Below, in pieces: positions 12,596 through 26,224 of a DNA stretch of 64,000 nt (the first letter of the stretch is position 1; each line of letters begins with the position of its first letter). Below the pieces are notes generated by a model. The model saw nothing but the letters and a program-made list of their open reading frames with translations, was not told the DNA's origin and searched no databases. The position numbers were made by a program, and so were the translations under genes. The DNA is taken from NCBI RefSeq assembly GCF_001194135.2, contig NC_068984.1, positions 63,035,345 through 63,099,344 on the forward strand. The letters are read 5' to 3'. The stretch is from Octopus bimaculoides (lineage: Eukaryota).

Positions 12596-14194
12596 ATTAC
12601 GTATATAAATGTCAGCGCATAATCGTCTTTAGAGTACGATGGCTAAACATTATTTTTTGAAATAGCAGTAACTGAATGATTAAAAGTTCCCCCAGAAATT
12701 TTTGAAATCCTAAATAGAGATATTTACTAATTTAGAATCGACTATTTTTTTCTATTTCATTTGTATCCCTGCTAGAGGTTTCAGAACTTCATTGCATGTT
12801 AAAGAGTGATAGCCTATATATTACACAACCTGCTAGAAATAGATACCAAATACCATTCAAATAATATTCTAATGCAGAGTATATTATGTAATATCGTTCT
12901 AGATACCCATAAAAGGGGGATTGTATTGGTAAGACTGCTTTTATCAGAGATCCGCTCGATCAATATTGACCTGGAGGCTAAACAATTACAAAATATTTTT
13001 TTTTATTTGTGGTCTTCAAATAAAAGTTAAAGCTATTACATTACATTTTAACGTTTAACAACGTAATATAATATTTAACAGTATACGTATTACAGCTGGA
13101 GCTTATACCAAGCTTTCTGTTATATGGATAGCGGGTGTTAACATTAGTTATTTTCAAAGGCACTAAAACTGTAACTGTTCTACAATATTAAATTATCACT
13201 TCAGAGCTATCATATATGTTTGCGTGTGTGGTATGTGTGTTTCTCTGTGTATGCACATGTATATATGTATATATATGTACATATATATACATATATACAT
13301 ATATATATAAATATACATATGTATATATTTATATGTATATATATGTGTGTNNNNNNNNNNNNNNNNNNNNNNNNNNNNNNNNNNNNNNNNNNNNNNNNNN
13401 NNNNNNNNNNNNNNNNNNNNNNNNNNNNNNNNNNNNNNNNNNNNNNNNNNNNNNNNNNNNNNNNNNNNNNNNNNNNNNNNNNNNNNNNNNNNNNNNNNNN
13501 NNNNNNNNNNNNNNNNNNNNNNNNNNNNNNNNNNNNNNNNNNNNNNNNNNNNNNNNNNNNNNNNNNNNNNNNNNNNNNNNNNNNNNNNNATATATATATA
13601 TATATAAACAAATATATATATATATGTATGTATACAGAAAATATATATCTGTATGCAGTATGTGTGTATATATATATAAATATAAAACTATCTATGTATT
13701 ATGCATGTGTATGTGTATGTCTATTTGTGTGTTTGTATGGGTGCCTGTGAGCGTCTGTGTGACTTCCTTTCTAAATACTGTTAGACTTTGAAGTTTAATA
13801 GTTTTCTTTTGGGTTGCTTTGTTTTTTGTTTTGTTACTTTTTTCGTTAAGCTGATCGAAAATTTTTCTTTGATAAGTAAGTATATATAAATCAACATATC
13901 TCTTTTATCTAGAGAAAACACCACAGATATCAATAATTATTTCAGCTCCGGACAATATGTGATCGTTTCTCTAAGTTCTCGGCTTCTATATTATGCCAAT
14001 ATCAATATGGGAGTCTAACTCGGTATGCTAGAAATAACACACAAATCTCCCTAAAAAAAGAAGACCTGTCCTGTAAGGCAAAAGAAATTGGATAATCGTT
14101 GTCACAAGTACAGTAGAATTCAGCGAAAATGTTTCAGAAAAAGTCAAGAATAAAAGTCATAGAAAAAAAAAAGTCACTGGGAAAATGTCCACAA

Positions 14195-14578
14195 GGTGCA
14201 GACGTGGCTGCGTGGTAAGAAGTTTTCATCCAAACCACATGGTTCCGGGTTCAGTCCCACTGCATGGCACTATTAGTAAGTGTCTTTTACTATAGTCTCG
14301 GACCGACTAAAGCATTCGAGTGGATATGGCAGACGGAAACTGAAAGAAGCACACATGTGTGTCTGTATTTGTGTCTGTGTTTGTTCTCCCACAATCGTTT
14401 GACAACCGATGTTGGTGTGTTTATGTTTCCGTAACTTTTAGGCTCGGCAGAAGAATCAATAGAATAAGTACTAAGCTTACAAATAATAAGTCATGGAATT
14501 GATTTTTTCGATTAAACCCTTTTATGGTGGTGCTCCACCATGGACGCAGTCAAATTCCTGAAACAAGTAAAAGAATAT
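14195..14578 (+). mobile_element. SINE family A, near full length
   Basis: GGTGCAGACGTGGCTGCGTGGTAAGAAG...GGTTCAGTCCCACTGC head; TGACAACCGATGTTGGTGTGTTTA body; GAAACAAGTAAAAG tail. Confidence 0.85.
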
Positions 14579-14584
14579 ATGTTT

Positions 14585-14822
14585 AAAGTTGTGTGTGTGT
14601 CTCTCTGTATGTTTGTTTGTCCCCAACTACCGCTTGACAACCGTTGTTAGTGTGTTTACGTTCCCGTAACTTAGCGGTTCGGTAAAACAGACCGATAGAA
14701 TAAGTACGAGGCTTCGAAAAATAGATCCTAGGATCCAGCTGTTCGACTAAAATCCTTCAAAGTGGTGCCCCAGCATGGCCGCAGTCAGTCAAATGACTGA
14801 AACAAGTAAAAGATAAAAGATA
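14585..14822 (+). mobile_element. SINE family A, 3' half in tandem with the previous copy
   Basis: GTTTGTCCCC...GTAACTTAGCGGTTCGG...CAGCATGGCCGCAGTC...GAAACAAGTAAAAGATAAAAGATAAG. Confidence 0.85.
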
Positions 14823-15541
14823 AGACTGTTGCAGAGTTCCTTGGCGGCGTTGGCGGGAATATTCGTCTTAATCATCAACATAACAAAAACAAAAACAAAA
14901 AAAATCAAATTGAATATAAACTATGCAGTTCTCTAATAAATATTTTATTAACATGAATAACATTGTTTGAAGTGATATAGGAGAAACAAGATGCCGTGCA
15001 TGTAATCCTTGAACAGAATATGATGGTGTCACTGTCATATTGGACCAAATAATACTACACTTGTTAAATATGTTTTACACAATTAAATATTTTATACTTA
15101 AACAAATATAATTAACTATACATGCTTGAAATATTATTATTTGTGTTTTTTATAGCAAATTTAATGAAATTTGTTTTAGCAATTTTTTGTTTCGTTGCTT
15201 TCTTTAGATTTTGATTTTATGGTTGTAGTATAAATGGTCGACTGTAATTATTGTGGTTAATGATATGGAGAAATAGCATTTAGTTTCACAAGAGCAAAAG
15301 CGAGTGACTTCAGTGAATCGGTTCCGATATCAAAGCAAATCCACTCAGTGTTCTCAAAACTATGATGAGGAGTTTAAAATTATCATACTGACAATACTGT
15401 TGTTTGTACATGTATAGAATATCGTCTGCTAAAGTGAAAGCTTTTGAAAATCTGAAAAGCTCGGTTAATAATAACAACAACAGCAACAACAACAACAACA
15501 ATAACAACAACAATGACAATAACAACATCATCATCATCATG

Positions 15542-15586
<45 letters not shown>

Positions 15587-15587
15587 G

Positions 15588-16513
15588 GTTAATGTTGACA
15601 TTATTACGCGGAAACGAAATGGAAAAACAAAAAAAACATAGTGTAACGGGTGTAAAAAAAAAAGGTGTAGGAAACGAATATGAAAACAAAAATGCCCGGA
15701 AAACAACGGGGGTGGGAGGAGAGGCCTTCCGAAATTCACAAGATCCGATGTTTTTCCCTTGTAACTTTAAGGAAAATGGATATCATTCTACTTCACACCC
15801 ACTTAGGNNNNNNNNNNNNNNNNNNNNNNNNNNNNNNNNNNNNNNNNNNNNNNNNNNNNNNNNNNNNNNNNNNNNNNNNNNNNNNNNNNNNNNNNNNNNN
15901 NNNNNNNNNNNNNNNNNNNNNNNNNNNNNNNNNNNNNNNNNNNTAGTAGAGACAGACAGACAGATGTGTGTGTGTGTATGTATGAGCGTCTAGCAACACA
16001 ATCTGTATCACGTCCTCAGGTTGTTGTTTTTTTTTTGTTGTTTTTTTGTCTTTTTCCTTTTTTGAACCTATATATATATATGTATATATAAAAGCACTCC
16101 AGTTGCTTTCCACGCATTTTTGTTTTGAGATTCCTTTTCTACGTGGGTATGAATTAAAAGGATATCCATTGTCCTCACAGTTACGAGAGAAAAACATCGG
16201 ATCTTGTGGATTTTCCGAAGTCCGAAATCCCCATCCCCTCGAAAAGATTTTCCACACAAATTTCTTTATAATCGTAATCTATGACGTTTGAAAGGTATTT
16301 ATATAAAATTTCATTAAAAAAAAAAAACATTTTCCTAAAAGTTATGAAGGAAAACATTGGATCTCATGAATTTTCCAAAGGCCTCTCGCTATCTCCGTCG
16401 CTTTCCGGGCATTTTTGTTTTCATATTCATTTCCTAGACCTTTTTTTTACACCCGTTGCACAATTTTTTTTTCTTTTTCGATTTTGTTTTCGAGTAATAA
16501 TGTCAACATTAAC
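15588..16513. mobile_element. MITE-like or fold-back element with long imperfect terminal inverted repeats spanning an N gap
   Basis: GTTAATGTTGACATTATTAC at 15588 vs GTAATAATGTCAACATTAAC ending 16513; GAATATGAAAACAAAAATGCCCGGAAA vs TTTCCGGGCATTTTTGTTTTCATATTC. An inner block is duplicated in the right arm. Confidence 0.75.
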
Positions 16514-17396
16514 TTTAGTATCATTTCTGTCTGTAATTTTACAATGACAAATAAATTCTGGCATACCTCAACTTATATCTTTTCGAGTTACGTCTTCTTC
16601 AACTTAAACATTGTTTTTTTAAAGAAATATGTGGAAAAATATAAACCTCAACTTCAGAGATTTATATGCCTTTACGTTAATTTCAGAGTATAATTATTTA
16701 AAAGTATTAAAAAATAGCACTTGGAAACCAATAATGGAGTGGAGAAACAAATAAAATATATGTGAAAATATGTGCAAACTGGGCTGCTAAATTTTTTTTA
16801 TGTTTTTCATGTTACGTCCTTTCCAGAGAAAAATCGCATGTGTTGGAACCAATTAACGTCAGTTGAGGTATGTCTATACTCACTTTATTTAGGAATGTGT
16901 GCATGTGTGTGCTGTTTGTTTGTATGGATGAACCGAGAGTGAGGGAACGGTATGCAGATACAGATACAACACGCATACACGAATTCGAGTATAACCACCT
17001 TCCTGTGGACATATGCCTGTAGCTAGCTTTACTTCTTCACAGGCTCTTGAATGACTGTTCAGCTCTGTCTTTATTTACCGATGGAGTACATAATTTTGAC
17101 TCGGAACTCATCAACAGGGGCTCTGTCTCTGTAAAATCGTTCCGAACAGATTTTCGACCCGGTAGTGCATAAACATACCTTTGAACATAAGGAAAAGCAA
17201 TGCTCCGTTAGGGCTGCTGAAGCTATGTGCATATGAGCACCCTGTGTTCTTCATTTTAAATCTGGACTTTCATAGGTTCAAGACTGGTTTTGAAAGTCGG
17301 ACACCACCATACAAACTTTCAATAACTTGCATTTCGCTATTTGATGGTCAGTTCATTTTTGTACAAACCTCAAACTGTTCTTTATAGTTGTAGAGC

Positions 17397-17880
17397 TATA
17401 TGTATGTATGTATGTATGTATGTATGCATGTATGTATGTATGTATATATGTATGTATGTATGTATGTACGTATGTATGTACGTATGTATGTACGTATGTA
17501 TGTATGTATGTATGTAAATATATATAGGTTTACGATGCAAACAAGAAAAATATGAGTCAGAATAAGAGTGTATATATATATATTTTAATGGATTTGATAA
17601 GTGCTAACGCACGAAACTCTCAGTCCTTGAGTCACTCTGTTTCTTCAGCTAAATAACTTCATCAACAATAATAACAACAACAACCACAACAACAACAATA
17701 ATAATAATAGACATGCATGCATACATACATGCATACATACACACATGCGCACACACATACACATGCATACACACATACATACACACATACATACACATAT
17801 GCATACTTACATACATACGTACATACATACGTACATACATACATACATACATACATACATACATACATACACACATATAT
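17397..17880. repeat. (ATGT)n and (ACAT)n tetranucleotide microsatellite tracts with (AAC/AAT)n
   Basis: Directly visible. Confidence 0.9.
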
Positions 17881-18226
17881 GGGACAATGTAAATCACTAT
17901 AACTCAGTGGAAAGTTTGTCCAAGAGTATTTTTTCTGCAGTAAGGTTTTGGCCTGTAAATAAGACCTACCATATGTTAATATGGCGGGCAAGTAAATAAT
18001 CGAGGTGACAAAAGCTTTGCAATATTCAGCAACACTAAATTTGTAATATGTCATAATGTAATATGTCATAAAGGAGAGATTTTATTAAATAATTGTTAAA
18101 TAACAATACATTGCAAAAGATTTAAAGGGATATCAACCTTCGGCTTTAGTCCTGTAAATTTAGTAAAATGGGAATGTATAATCGTCAGCGGAAGTGGGAT
18201 AGGTAGTAGTATATTTTAAAAACTAA

Positions 18227-18435
18227 GGCTGTAAACTGGCAGAATCGTTAGCACATTGGACAAAATGCTTAGCGATGTTTCTTCCGGCGCCTTGCGCTCT
18301 GAGTTAAAATCTTATCGAAGTCGACTTTGCCTTTCATTCCTTCGATAAGTTAGAGTACCAGTCAAATATAGGAATTGATATAACTGACACAATCCATTAA
18401 AATGGTTGGCCTTGTCCCAAAATCTGAAACCAATA
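18227..18435 (+). mobile_element. SINE family B
   Basis: CTGGCAGAATCGTTAGCAC...AAATGCTTAGC...GTCGACTTTGCCTTTCATTCCTTCG, homologous to the 20326 copy. Confidence 0.8.
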
Positions 18436-19739
18436 TATGAAAGAACCTACAGAGATATCTAGGTTCAATTCCCTCTGGGTTGTAATCTATTTATTATTAT
18501 CCCTTATGTGTGTTCTTTATTTCTGAATGCGCTGCTTTGCAAATTTATATAGAAAAAAAACTATTTGGGGGAAGGCAAAAATGCAGTTGAGAATAAAATA
18601 TCAATAATTCCCTGTCATAACTCTTCATAGGAGCCCTTATCTAGAGAGAAAGAGAAACAGAGAGTGAGAAAAATAATCTTTATGAAAACGTATAAAATAT
18701 AGGCTTTAGACAGCAGCTACATTGCTTTCGATAATCTTCGTTATTTATGTTAGTAGTTCTTTGCGAAAGGTAAAAAAAAAATAAAATAAAATAAAAAGAA
18801 TATCTTTTGATTTATTTGAAGTATCGTCGATTCAGTAAAATAGATATAGGGAGTTGATAAAAGAGATTTAACAAGATATATCCGGTGGAAAATAAATTAA
18901 GTTTTACATATTGGTTTTAACATGGCGAAACACTTTCAAAAGAGCAGCGAACTGGTTAAACCAGTGAAACTTTTCATGACATTCACAGAGACGTATTATG
19001 TGGCAAATACATGAGTACTTTCAATATCCAAATCCTTCTATAAATTAGGGACAGTGAGTCTGATCAAAGTAAAAGCTAATCTCAGGCTGCATACTCCTAA
19101 TAAGATTACAATTGGTAGCTTGTTGTTCTTAACGGACCACTCTCATCACGAAGCACTATATTCATAACGAACCGACTCCATTTTCGAAATCGAAACACTC
19201 TCCTTTTATTATTAATTCTCCTGCGTCATATAATATCATTTAATATCACCTTTTATACTGTTATGCTTATGTAAAAGGAAATCGGTTATTTTAATAAGCC
19301 CTAATTTTATTATTAATTTATTTTTACAATGTGCATTTAGATTAAGTATTCACTGTTTCTACTGTTGCACCGTCTTACATTATATTTAATAGCTTATCCA
19401 TTAATAGCCAACGCTAAAACCTACTTTCATAAACGAACATCAGAAATAAATATGACGAGTTATTATATTGATTGTAGATTGAATATTACGTAATAGTACT
19501 TAACGTATTATTACGTAAAATTGTTCAATATACTCATTAAATCTTTAATGCATTAACAAGCATCATTCAATTTATAATGAAATCATATTGAACCATCACT
19601 AAAGCCATAAATACATATTCGATTAGATAAAATACCTTATTTCTGCAAGAGGTTTTCTTAAAATTACAATAGAGTCTTGTAATTATTTCATTCTGAACAT
19701 GTATGTAGATGCCAATATAGTACTGAAAGTTTCAAGTCC

Positions 19740-19865
<126 letters not shown>

Positions 19866-19969
19866 TCAGCTGAAAAGGAAATTTCTGAAGTTAAATTGTA
19901 GTTCCTAAAATGATTAGAAAATTTACATTGATGTTGTCGGGTCCTCAGCAAGTAAATTATTCTCATAAT

Positions 19970-21890
19970 TTTGACCTGCACTGCGTTAAATATGTTGGCA
20001 TTACATTAACTGATGTTGCTCATATATGAGTCATACCTTCAGTCAGTCATTTACTTCATAATCTGAAGGAGCATCCAAGGTCATATGGGCTGACTGAAAT
20101 GGCAGGGAACGGTTTGAGAGATTGGTAAGTTATTCTGGTAAACATCCAGTAGATGCTCACTAAATCGATCAGCTAATATCTAACCGGCTTCTTTTCTTGG
20201 TAAATATAAACCACTGAGTTTCAATAAAGTGTACTTTTAGAGGTGCAAGAAAAAGTTAGTTGCATGGAAAGTGGACATTAGTGAATGCAGGGTAATATTG
20301 TTTTGCACGCAGGAACAACTGCTAAGGCGGCGAGCTGGCAGAAACGTTAGCACGCCGGGTGAGATGCTTAGCAGTATTTCGTCAGCCGCTACGTTTTGAG
20401 TTCAAATTCCGCCGAGGTCAACTTTGCCTTTCATCCTTTCTAGGTCGATTAAATAAGTACCAGTTACGCACTGGGGTCGATGTAATCGAATTTATCCCTT
20501 TGTCTGTCCTTGTTTGTCCCTTCTATGTTTAGCCTCTTGTGGGCAATAAAGAAATAAGAAACAACTGCTACAACATGAGCGGGAAAAAGAAACCACTGAA
20601 GTTGGGTACGACAAGAGATAGGAAAACATTTGGATAGATAGCCACGCAGATAACAGTCGGGTTTTGAAGAGGAGAGAATATCTTAGGAATCATGTGGGAA
20701 GTGATGATGTCTGATTGAAGTAAATATAAATTTCAGTGGTGAAATCGTGTGGTGAACTTGAAGAAATGTGGTGTGTAAGGGCGAGGAGGTAAGAATTACA
20801 GTCAAAAGCTAGGACACGGGTTGATGCAACAACAGCTGTTTGGCAGTCATCATCTCTGTAGAAAAGGTTGAACGTTTGACTGGAATTAACTCCAGGTCAG
20901 AATCTCACCTACAGAAGAGGCGTAAGAGAATGAATTGTGAGTACAGCAAAGCTGAATTTGTGAAGGAAATAAATACAATAGAAGGATCAACTGAAGTGGA
21001 AATGTCTGTGAATACGGATGAGATGCGTTAGAGATAGCAGTCGTGAGATCTTACACAGGAATTCAGGGAAGAAATGAGGATGAATTGTTAGAGCGTAAAG
21101 GAATTTTTCGATGACACAACCAAAGGTTTTCTTGTGAAGCCTGTGATATGGGCGATTTTGTGTATCTCGAGGTACCTAGCAACCAGATTACATAGCTGGA
21201 GATCATCCTGGTATTCAAGATCACTCCAGCGGTCTACTTTTAAAACTTCCATTAAAAGAGGTTGAGGAAAATGAGGTTTCTGCTTCCAGTGAGCGCCGGC
21301 GGGGCAGAAGATGTTGTAAAATCAGAAATTAGTTGATTTGAGTGGATGGCTATGTGTCTGGTCGCGCTGCTTGCACAAATTCCCGTGACTCTCTGTCACC
21401 AAATAATTCTGTTAGTCATATTTGAATTGAGAGCTTGAATCATAATGAATGTTTCATTAGCTGATTACACAACCATGGACGTTGCCCCAATGGAATCGTT
21501 GCATTTACTCACTTGATAGAGCCCGGTGACCCTGACGTTGACTTTCTAAGAATCCTCCGCTCAGCATCAATGTAAGAAACACTGTTGGCTTAAACGAGCT
21601 TTTCCGCTGCCTTTTCACACACCCGCGATGCTACAGTCCCATGACTTCGCTGTATCCCTAGCAGGCTAGCTGAACAGTTGTCATGCCTTGCCAAGGAGCA
21701 ACCCGTAACGATACGGAGCACGGTCGTCACTTTAAGAGGTTTTCTCAAAATGCTCGCATACCGTTGTGGAGGGAACTTACTGTGTATCGTATAGTATAAG
21801 GAATGCTCAAAATGTAAGTGTTGTGTTGACGCCCACAGACGATGAAGTAGGCTAGCCCAATACGTAGATATAGAGAGAGAAGTCTAGACG
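19970..21890 (-). mobile_element. Degenerate CR1/L2-like LINE 5' region and AP-endonuclease remnant, interrupted by a SINE
   Basis: Minus-strand fragments ISFTNSALLYSQF, FTNVH, TQWFIFTK and HLLDVY...LG.S(DY) follow the order of APE motifs (FTNIRGL, GDFNVH, LTQ.V.FPTR, LDL...SDH). Many stops and frameshifts. Confidence 0.4.
20326..20559 (+). mobile_element. Young full-length SINE family B with 11-bp target-site duplication
   Basis: GGCGGCGAGCTGGCAGAAACGTTAGCACGCCGG...GGGCAATAAAGAAATAAG; TSD AACAACTGCTA at 20314-20324 and 20560-20570. Confidence 0.92.
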
Positions 21891-22036
21891 TCGGGGTAAT
21901 TGAGTCGAGGTCGTTTGAGTTGTTGATAATGGAGTGTTTTTATCTTAAGTCAGAGCGTTAAATATTTGTTTGTTAATTATTTCTGTTTGAATTGTTGGAA
22001 TTGTTGTTTTAATTTTCTCTTCCCATTGAGGGAAAG

Positions 22037-23500
22037 ATGGAGAGAGCGCTAGTGGGTAGCCGCAGTTATGCGGCCGCAACTGGAAAAGGAATAGAAGAAG
22101 AAACACTGTAAATAATTGAAATTAACCCTTTAGTGTTCAGATTACTCTGTTAAATGTAATAATTTTTCACTCAAATTGTTTTTAATTAATCATGCATTAT
22201 GTTATAGCTTTGAGGTTTCAATGATGTGATTGTTTATTCTTAGAATGTCAATGTAGGTTAGGTGTGAGAGGCTAGATACCACCAGTTTGAACATAAAACA
22301 TGTAAAATATCTGGGCCAGATATGGCCGGTTTAAACACTAAAGGGTAAAGGTAGAACCAAAGAAAATGAAGGAATGTGAGAGGTTGTTGGAGAAATTTGG
22401 AGATACGTCAAAGTTAACACCACCTGCAGAACTGACAAGCAATGTAACAAAAAGAACAGTGGTATTCATGACAATGAAAATTGCAACGAGAAAGACAGAG
22501 ATTGCGACAGTGGGGAAAATTGAAGAATTTAAAAAGCATAAAAAATCTAACAACATTTATAACAAAAGGAAGTATACCACCGTGGAGGTTCGTTTTGCGA
22601 CAGGGGAAGAAGCAATTAAACACTCGCGGGAGGCAATAAGATCGGAGGAGTGGGTGCTTTGCCTTCATACTGTGGCAAACGTGTGGCCAGAGAATGAGTA
22701 GGCAAAATACCCTCAGAACTAAAAGAAGCGTGGCTGATGACAGCCAAAATGTTCAACATGAAGGATGGGGCCAAAATATTAAAGGCCACAAGGACACAAA
22801 GAATTAATTACTGGGGATACGGAATTCAGCTCACTATCCAGGCAACAATAGAAGGCTTAAATCGAATTGTTGAGGAGATAGTGCTGCCCGACGACTTGAG
22901 ATTGAGGGTGATAGTGGAGGGCAGGTAGTCTATACGTTTTGCATGTGGGGAGAAAGGCCACATGAAAGCGAGGTACCCACAGAGAGAACAGACGGAGAGG
23001 CAGAAGAGTGCGAACCAGGTAGTACAGGTGGAGATGGAAGAAGAAACAGCGGAGGAGGGATTCACGGTGGTGGAAAGAAAAAGAAGTGGAAGAGCGTGCC
23101 CGCTGCCAGAGAACCAGAAAAAGAAGAAAGAAGAGGTGGAAATGAAAGCTGCGAAATGAAAGGATTAGGTGTGCAACTGTGTGAGGGTGAAATGGAGAGA
23201 TTGTTCAGAGTTGAAAAGGAAACGACACCAGTAGTGGAAGAAGAAACGAAAAAAACCAAGAAGAGGAAAAAAATAAATGGAATTTGGTGACATATTAAGA
23301 AGAACAGGGAGACGGAGAGAAAAATTGTAAAATTTAAACATATTATAAGAGTGAAGTTACCACGGACGTGTACTCGGAGAATGTGAAGACCATTGTTGTC
23401 GATAAGGACACGTACAGGAGACTAACAGACATGTGCGGAGACAAGATTGACCCGCCCGGTGTGTTGGTGGAGTTCGACGAACTGCCATCAGTAATCGAGT
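22037..23500 (+). pseudogene. Disrupted non-LTR retrotransposon ORF1 (gag-like) with decayed CCHC zinc knuckle
   Basis: MERALVGSRSYAAATGK start; later LPDDLRLRVIVEGR*SI-RFACGEKGHMKARY (C-x2-C-x4-H-x4-C with the outer Cys codons changed to CGT and TAC), then a Lys/Glu-rich tail. Stops, frameshifts and a MITE insertion. Confidence 0.7.
22126..22345. mobile_element. piggyBac-type MITE inserted in the LINE ORF1
   Basis: TTAA|CCCTTTAGTGTT ... AACACTAAAGGG|TAAA; a homologous inverted copy lies at 50494-50715. Confidence 0.8.
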
Positions 23501-23761
23501 TAGAAGACTTGGAGCCTTTCATGAGATATTAAAAAAGAAAAAAAATATAGTAAAATTGTTTTGATGAAAAAAAGGAAAAACAAAGGGAAAATAAACAAAG
23601 GAAAAAGGGAACAAAAAAGACAAAGAAAGTAAAAAAAAAAAAAAGCAGAATATTTGCTGTACCCCATCTTTTTACCAAGACAAAACAATGTACATGATAA
23701 TACTTCCAATCAGTTAAGATCAGAAGGTATGAGAGCCTGTGCCTGGTACTGCATCAGGGCA

Positions 23762-23966
23762 CTATTATTATTATTGTTCAGTAGTTTTATTTTTATAACG
23801 TGCTTTCACTTCACTACCGAGCGCAGCTCTGTGCGCCTTGGGTATATGCTGTGGTTTGCTGTGGTGCTCTTATGTTTACTGTATTGAAAGTGTTTTGCGT
23901 AGAATGTGTGCAGTACCCAGTAGTGCAATTTTCTGTATGTTATATATATATTTGTAAGTCCTGGTG

Positions 23967-23970
<4 letters not shown>
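23762..23970 (-). mobile_element. R4/Dong-clade LINE 3' end inside a (TAA)n microsatellite
   Basis: Minus strand encodes ...TPGLTNI...IQKIALLGTAHILRKTLSIQ* and is near-identical to 35182-35420. TAA repeats flank both sides. Confidence 0.7.
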
Positions 23971-24044
<74 letters not shown>

Positions 24045-24609
24045 NNNNNNNNNNNNNNNNNNNNNNNNNNNNNNNNNNNNNNNNNNNNNNNNNNNNNNNN
24101 NNNNNNNNNNNNNNNNNNNNNNNNNNNNNNNNNNNNNNNNNNNNNNNNNNNNNNNNNNNNNNNNNNNNNNNNNNNNNNNNNNNNNNNNNNNNNNNNNNNN
24201 NNNNNNNNNNNNNNNNNNNNNNNNNNNNNNNNNNNNNNNNNNNNNNNNNNNNNNNNNNNNNNNNNNNNNNNNNNNNNNNNNNNNNNNNNNNNNNNNNNNN
24301 NNNNNNNNNNNNNNNNNNNNNNNNNNNNNNNNNNNNNNNNNNNNNNNNNNNNNNNNNNNNNNNNNNNNNNNNNNNNNNNNNNNNNNNNNNNNNNNNNNNN
24401 NNNNNNNNNNNNNNNNNNNNNNNNNNNNNNNNNNNNNNNNNNNNNNNNNNNNNNNNNNNNNNNNNNNNNNNNNNNNNNNNNNNNNNNNNNNNNNNNNNNN
24501 NNNNNNNNNNNNNNNNNNNNNNNNNNNNNNNNNNNNNNNNNNNNNNNNNNNNNNNNNNNNNNNNNNNNNNNNNNNNNNNNNNNNNNNNNNNNNNNNNNNN
24601 NNNNNNNNN

Positions 24610-24650
<41 letters not shown>

Positions 24651-24659
24651 ACTTTGGCC

Positions 24660-25430
24660 CTATACATCTTCCTTATTACAACAATGCATTAAGGAATAGT
24701 GGATTCTCTGAAAAGATCCAGTACAACCAAGTTAATGCTAGCAACAATATCACACGTAGAACTAGAAATAAGAGGGCTTTGTGGTTCAACCCAGCATTCA
24801 ATATGGCCTTAAAAACTAATATAGGTAGGGAACTCTTAAAATTAGTTTGTAAGTATTTTGAACCTATCCATAAGTTTTACAGAATATTTAATAGAAGAAC
24901 ACTGAAGATTAGCTGTTCTTGTAAAAACTTCGCCTCTTTTATTAGCCAACACAACACTAAAATATTTGTAGATAGCTGCAGTACCGATTCAAAGCCGAAG
25001 AATTGTAATTACAAAGATGAGACCTCCTGTCCGTTGGAAGGAAAATGTCTGGAGAAAGGGATTGTATAGGACCAATGTACAAATAGAAGGCTCACAAGAA
25101 TATAAAACATACACAGGGGCTTCAAAAAATTCTTTCAAGACCCGATTTTATTCCTACAGAAATTCCTTCCGGTACCCAGAAAATAGGACAAAGACTCGTC
25201 TTGCAAAACATATCTGGGAATTGAAAGAAAATGAAACCCGTCCTTTCAACGTAACATGAAAAATCTTAGATAAAGCAGCAGCTTACAGACATGGAGCTCA
25301 TAAAAGACCCATGAAATGCAATTTATGTCTTTCAGAAAAATTCTTTATCTTACACCAGGTTAATAGCGCTTTGAATCAAAGATGCAAACTCTTAAATTCC
25401 TGCGGGTACGCAGCAAAATTTAAAATGTCA
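24660..25430 (+). pseudogene. Penelope-like element, C-terminal linker and GIY-YIG endonuclease region (Naiad-type layout), frameshifted
   Basis: LWFNPAFNMALKTNIGRELLKLV...IFNRRTLKISCSC...NCNYKDETSCPLEGKCLEKGIV/YRTNV...YTGASKNSFKTRF...LAKHIWELKE...T*KIL...CNLCLSEKFFIL...LNQR, a typical PLE C-terminus. Frameshift near 25065 and a Trp-to-stop change at 25257. Confidence 0.9.
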
Positions 25431-26094
25431 ACCGACAAAATACCATATGGATAATATATGTTGACTTTCGAATTTGTTTCAAATGCCACTTTTGAATTTG
25501 TATTTGTAGTGTATAGTTACTTCGCATCGCAAAGATATCGAATATATATTTCGATGTATTCTTTAAGAAAACTGCTTTTATATACCATTTTCAAGCCGAG
25601 GCTCATACTTATTTTTTAATATTTTTTTATTATGCTATTATTTACCTTATTTTAATTCTATTATATTATACAAACCTATTTAATTGTTCCGTTTAATTTA
25701 TAGATAATTCTATATATGGTACTGCATTTTGTAAATGTCTTTTTTATCCGAATTTTAATATACAAACTGAGCAGGTGTTTAGAAATTGTTTCTATATATA
25801 AGTTATGATCTAGATATGTTTTTATGGGTATGTGTGTACTGTGGGTATGCATATATATGTGTATGTGTGCGTCTGTCTGTGTGTAAGTATACGTGTATGT
25901 TTTTATTTATGTACATACGTACATGGATGCATATATATACGTGTATATATTTATATTCGTGTGAGCATGTATTTGCGTACATACTTTTGTATATTTATAT
26001 ACGGAATCATATATGTCTATTTATAATCAAATATACTCTTCAGTATATCTCTCTCTCTATATATATCTCCTTGTTTCTCTCCTTGTTTCTCTCT

Positions 26095-26224
26095 GTGTTC
26101 CTTTCAGTTGAAGAGCGTAGGCTCGAAACGTCAAAGACTTTCTCTATTCCCGAGTGTTATACTAATACATCCATTTGTTGTTAACACCACCTGTCTTCGT
26201 CTGTTGTTTCTTTCGTAAATTCTC

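Noticed and set aside
25257-25259. In-frame TGA in the PLE ORF as possible selenocysteine (reported for some Naiad elements)
   Set aside because: It aligns to a conserved Trp (..W.IL), not Cys; the conserved Cys codons here are TGT/TGC, and the ORF is also frameshifted.
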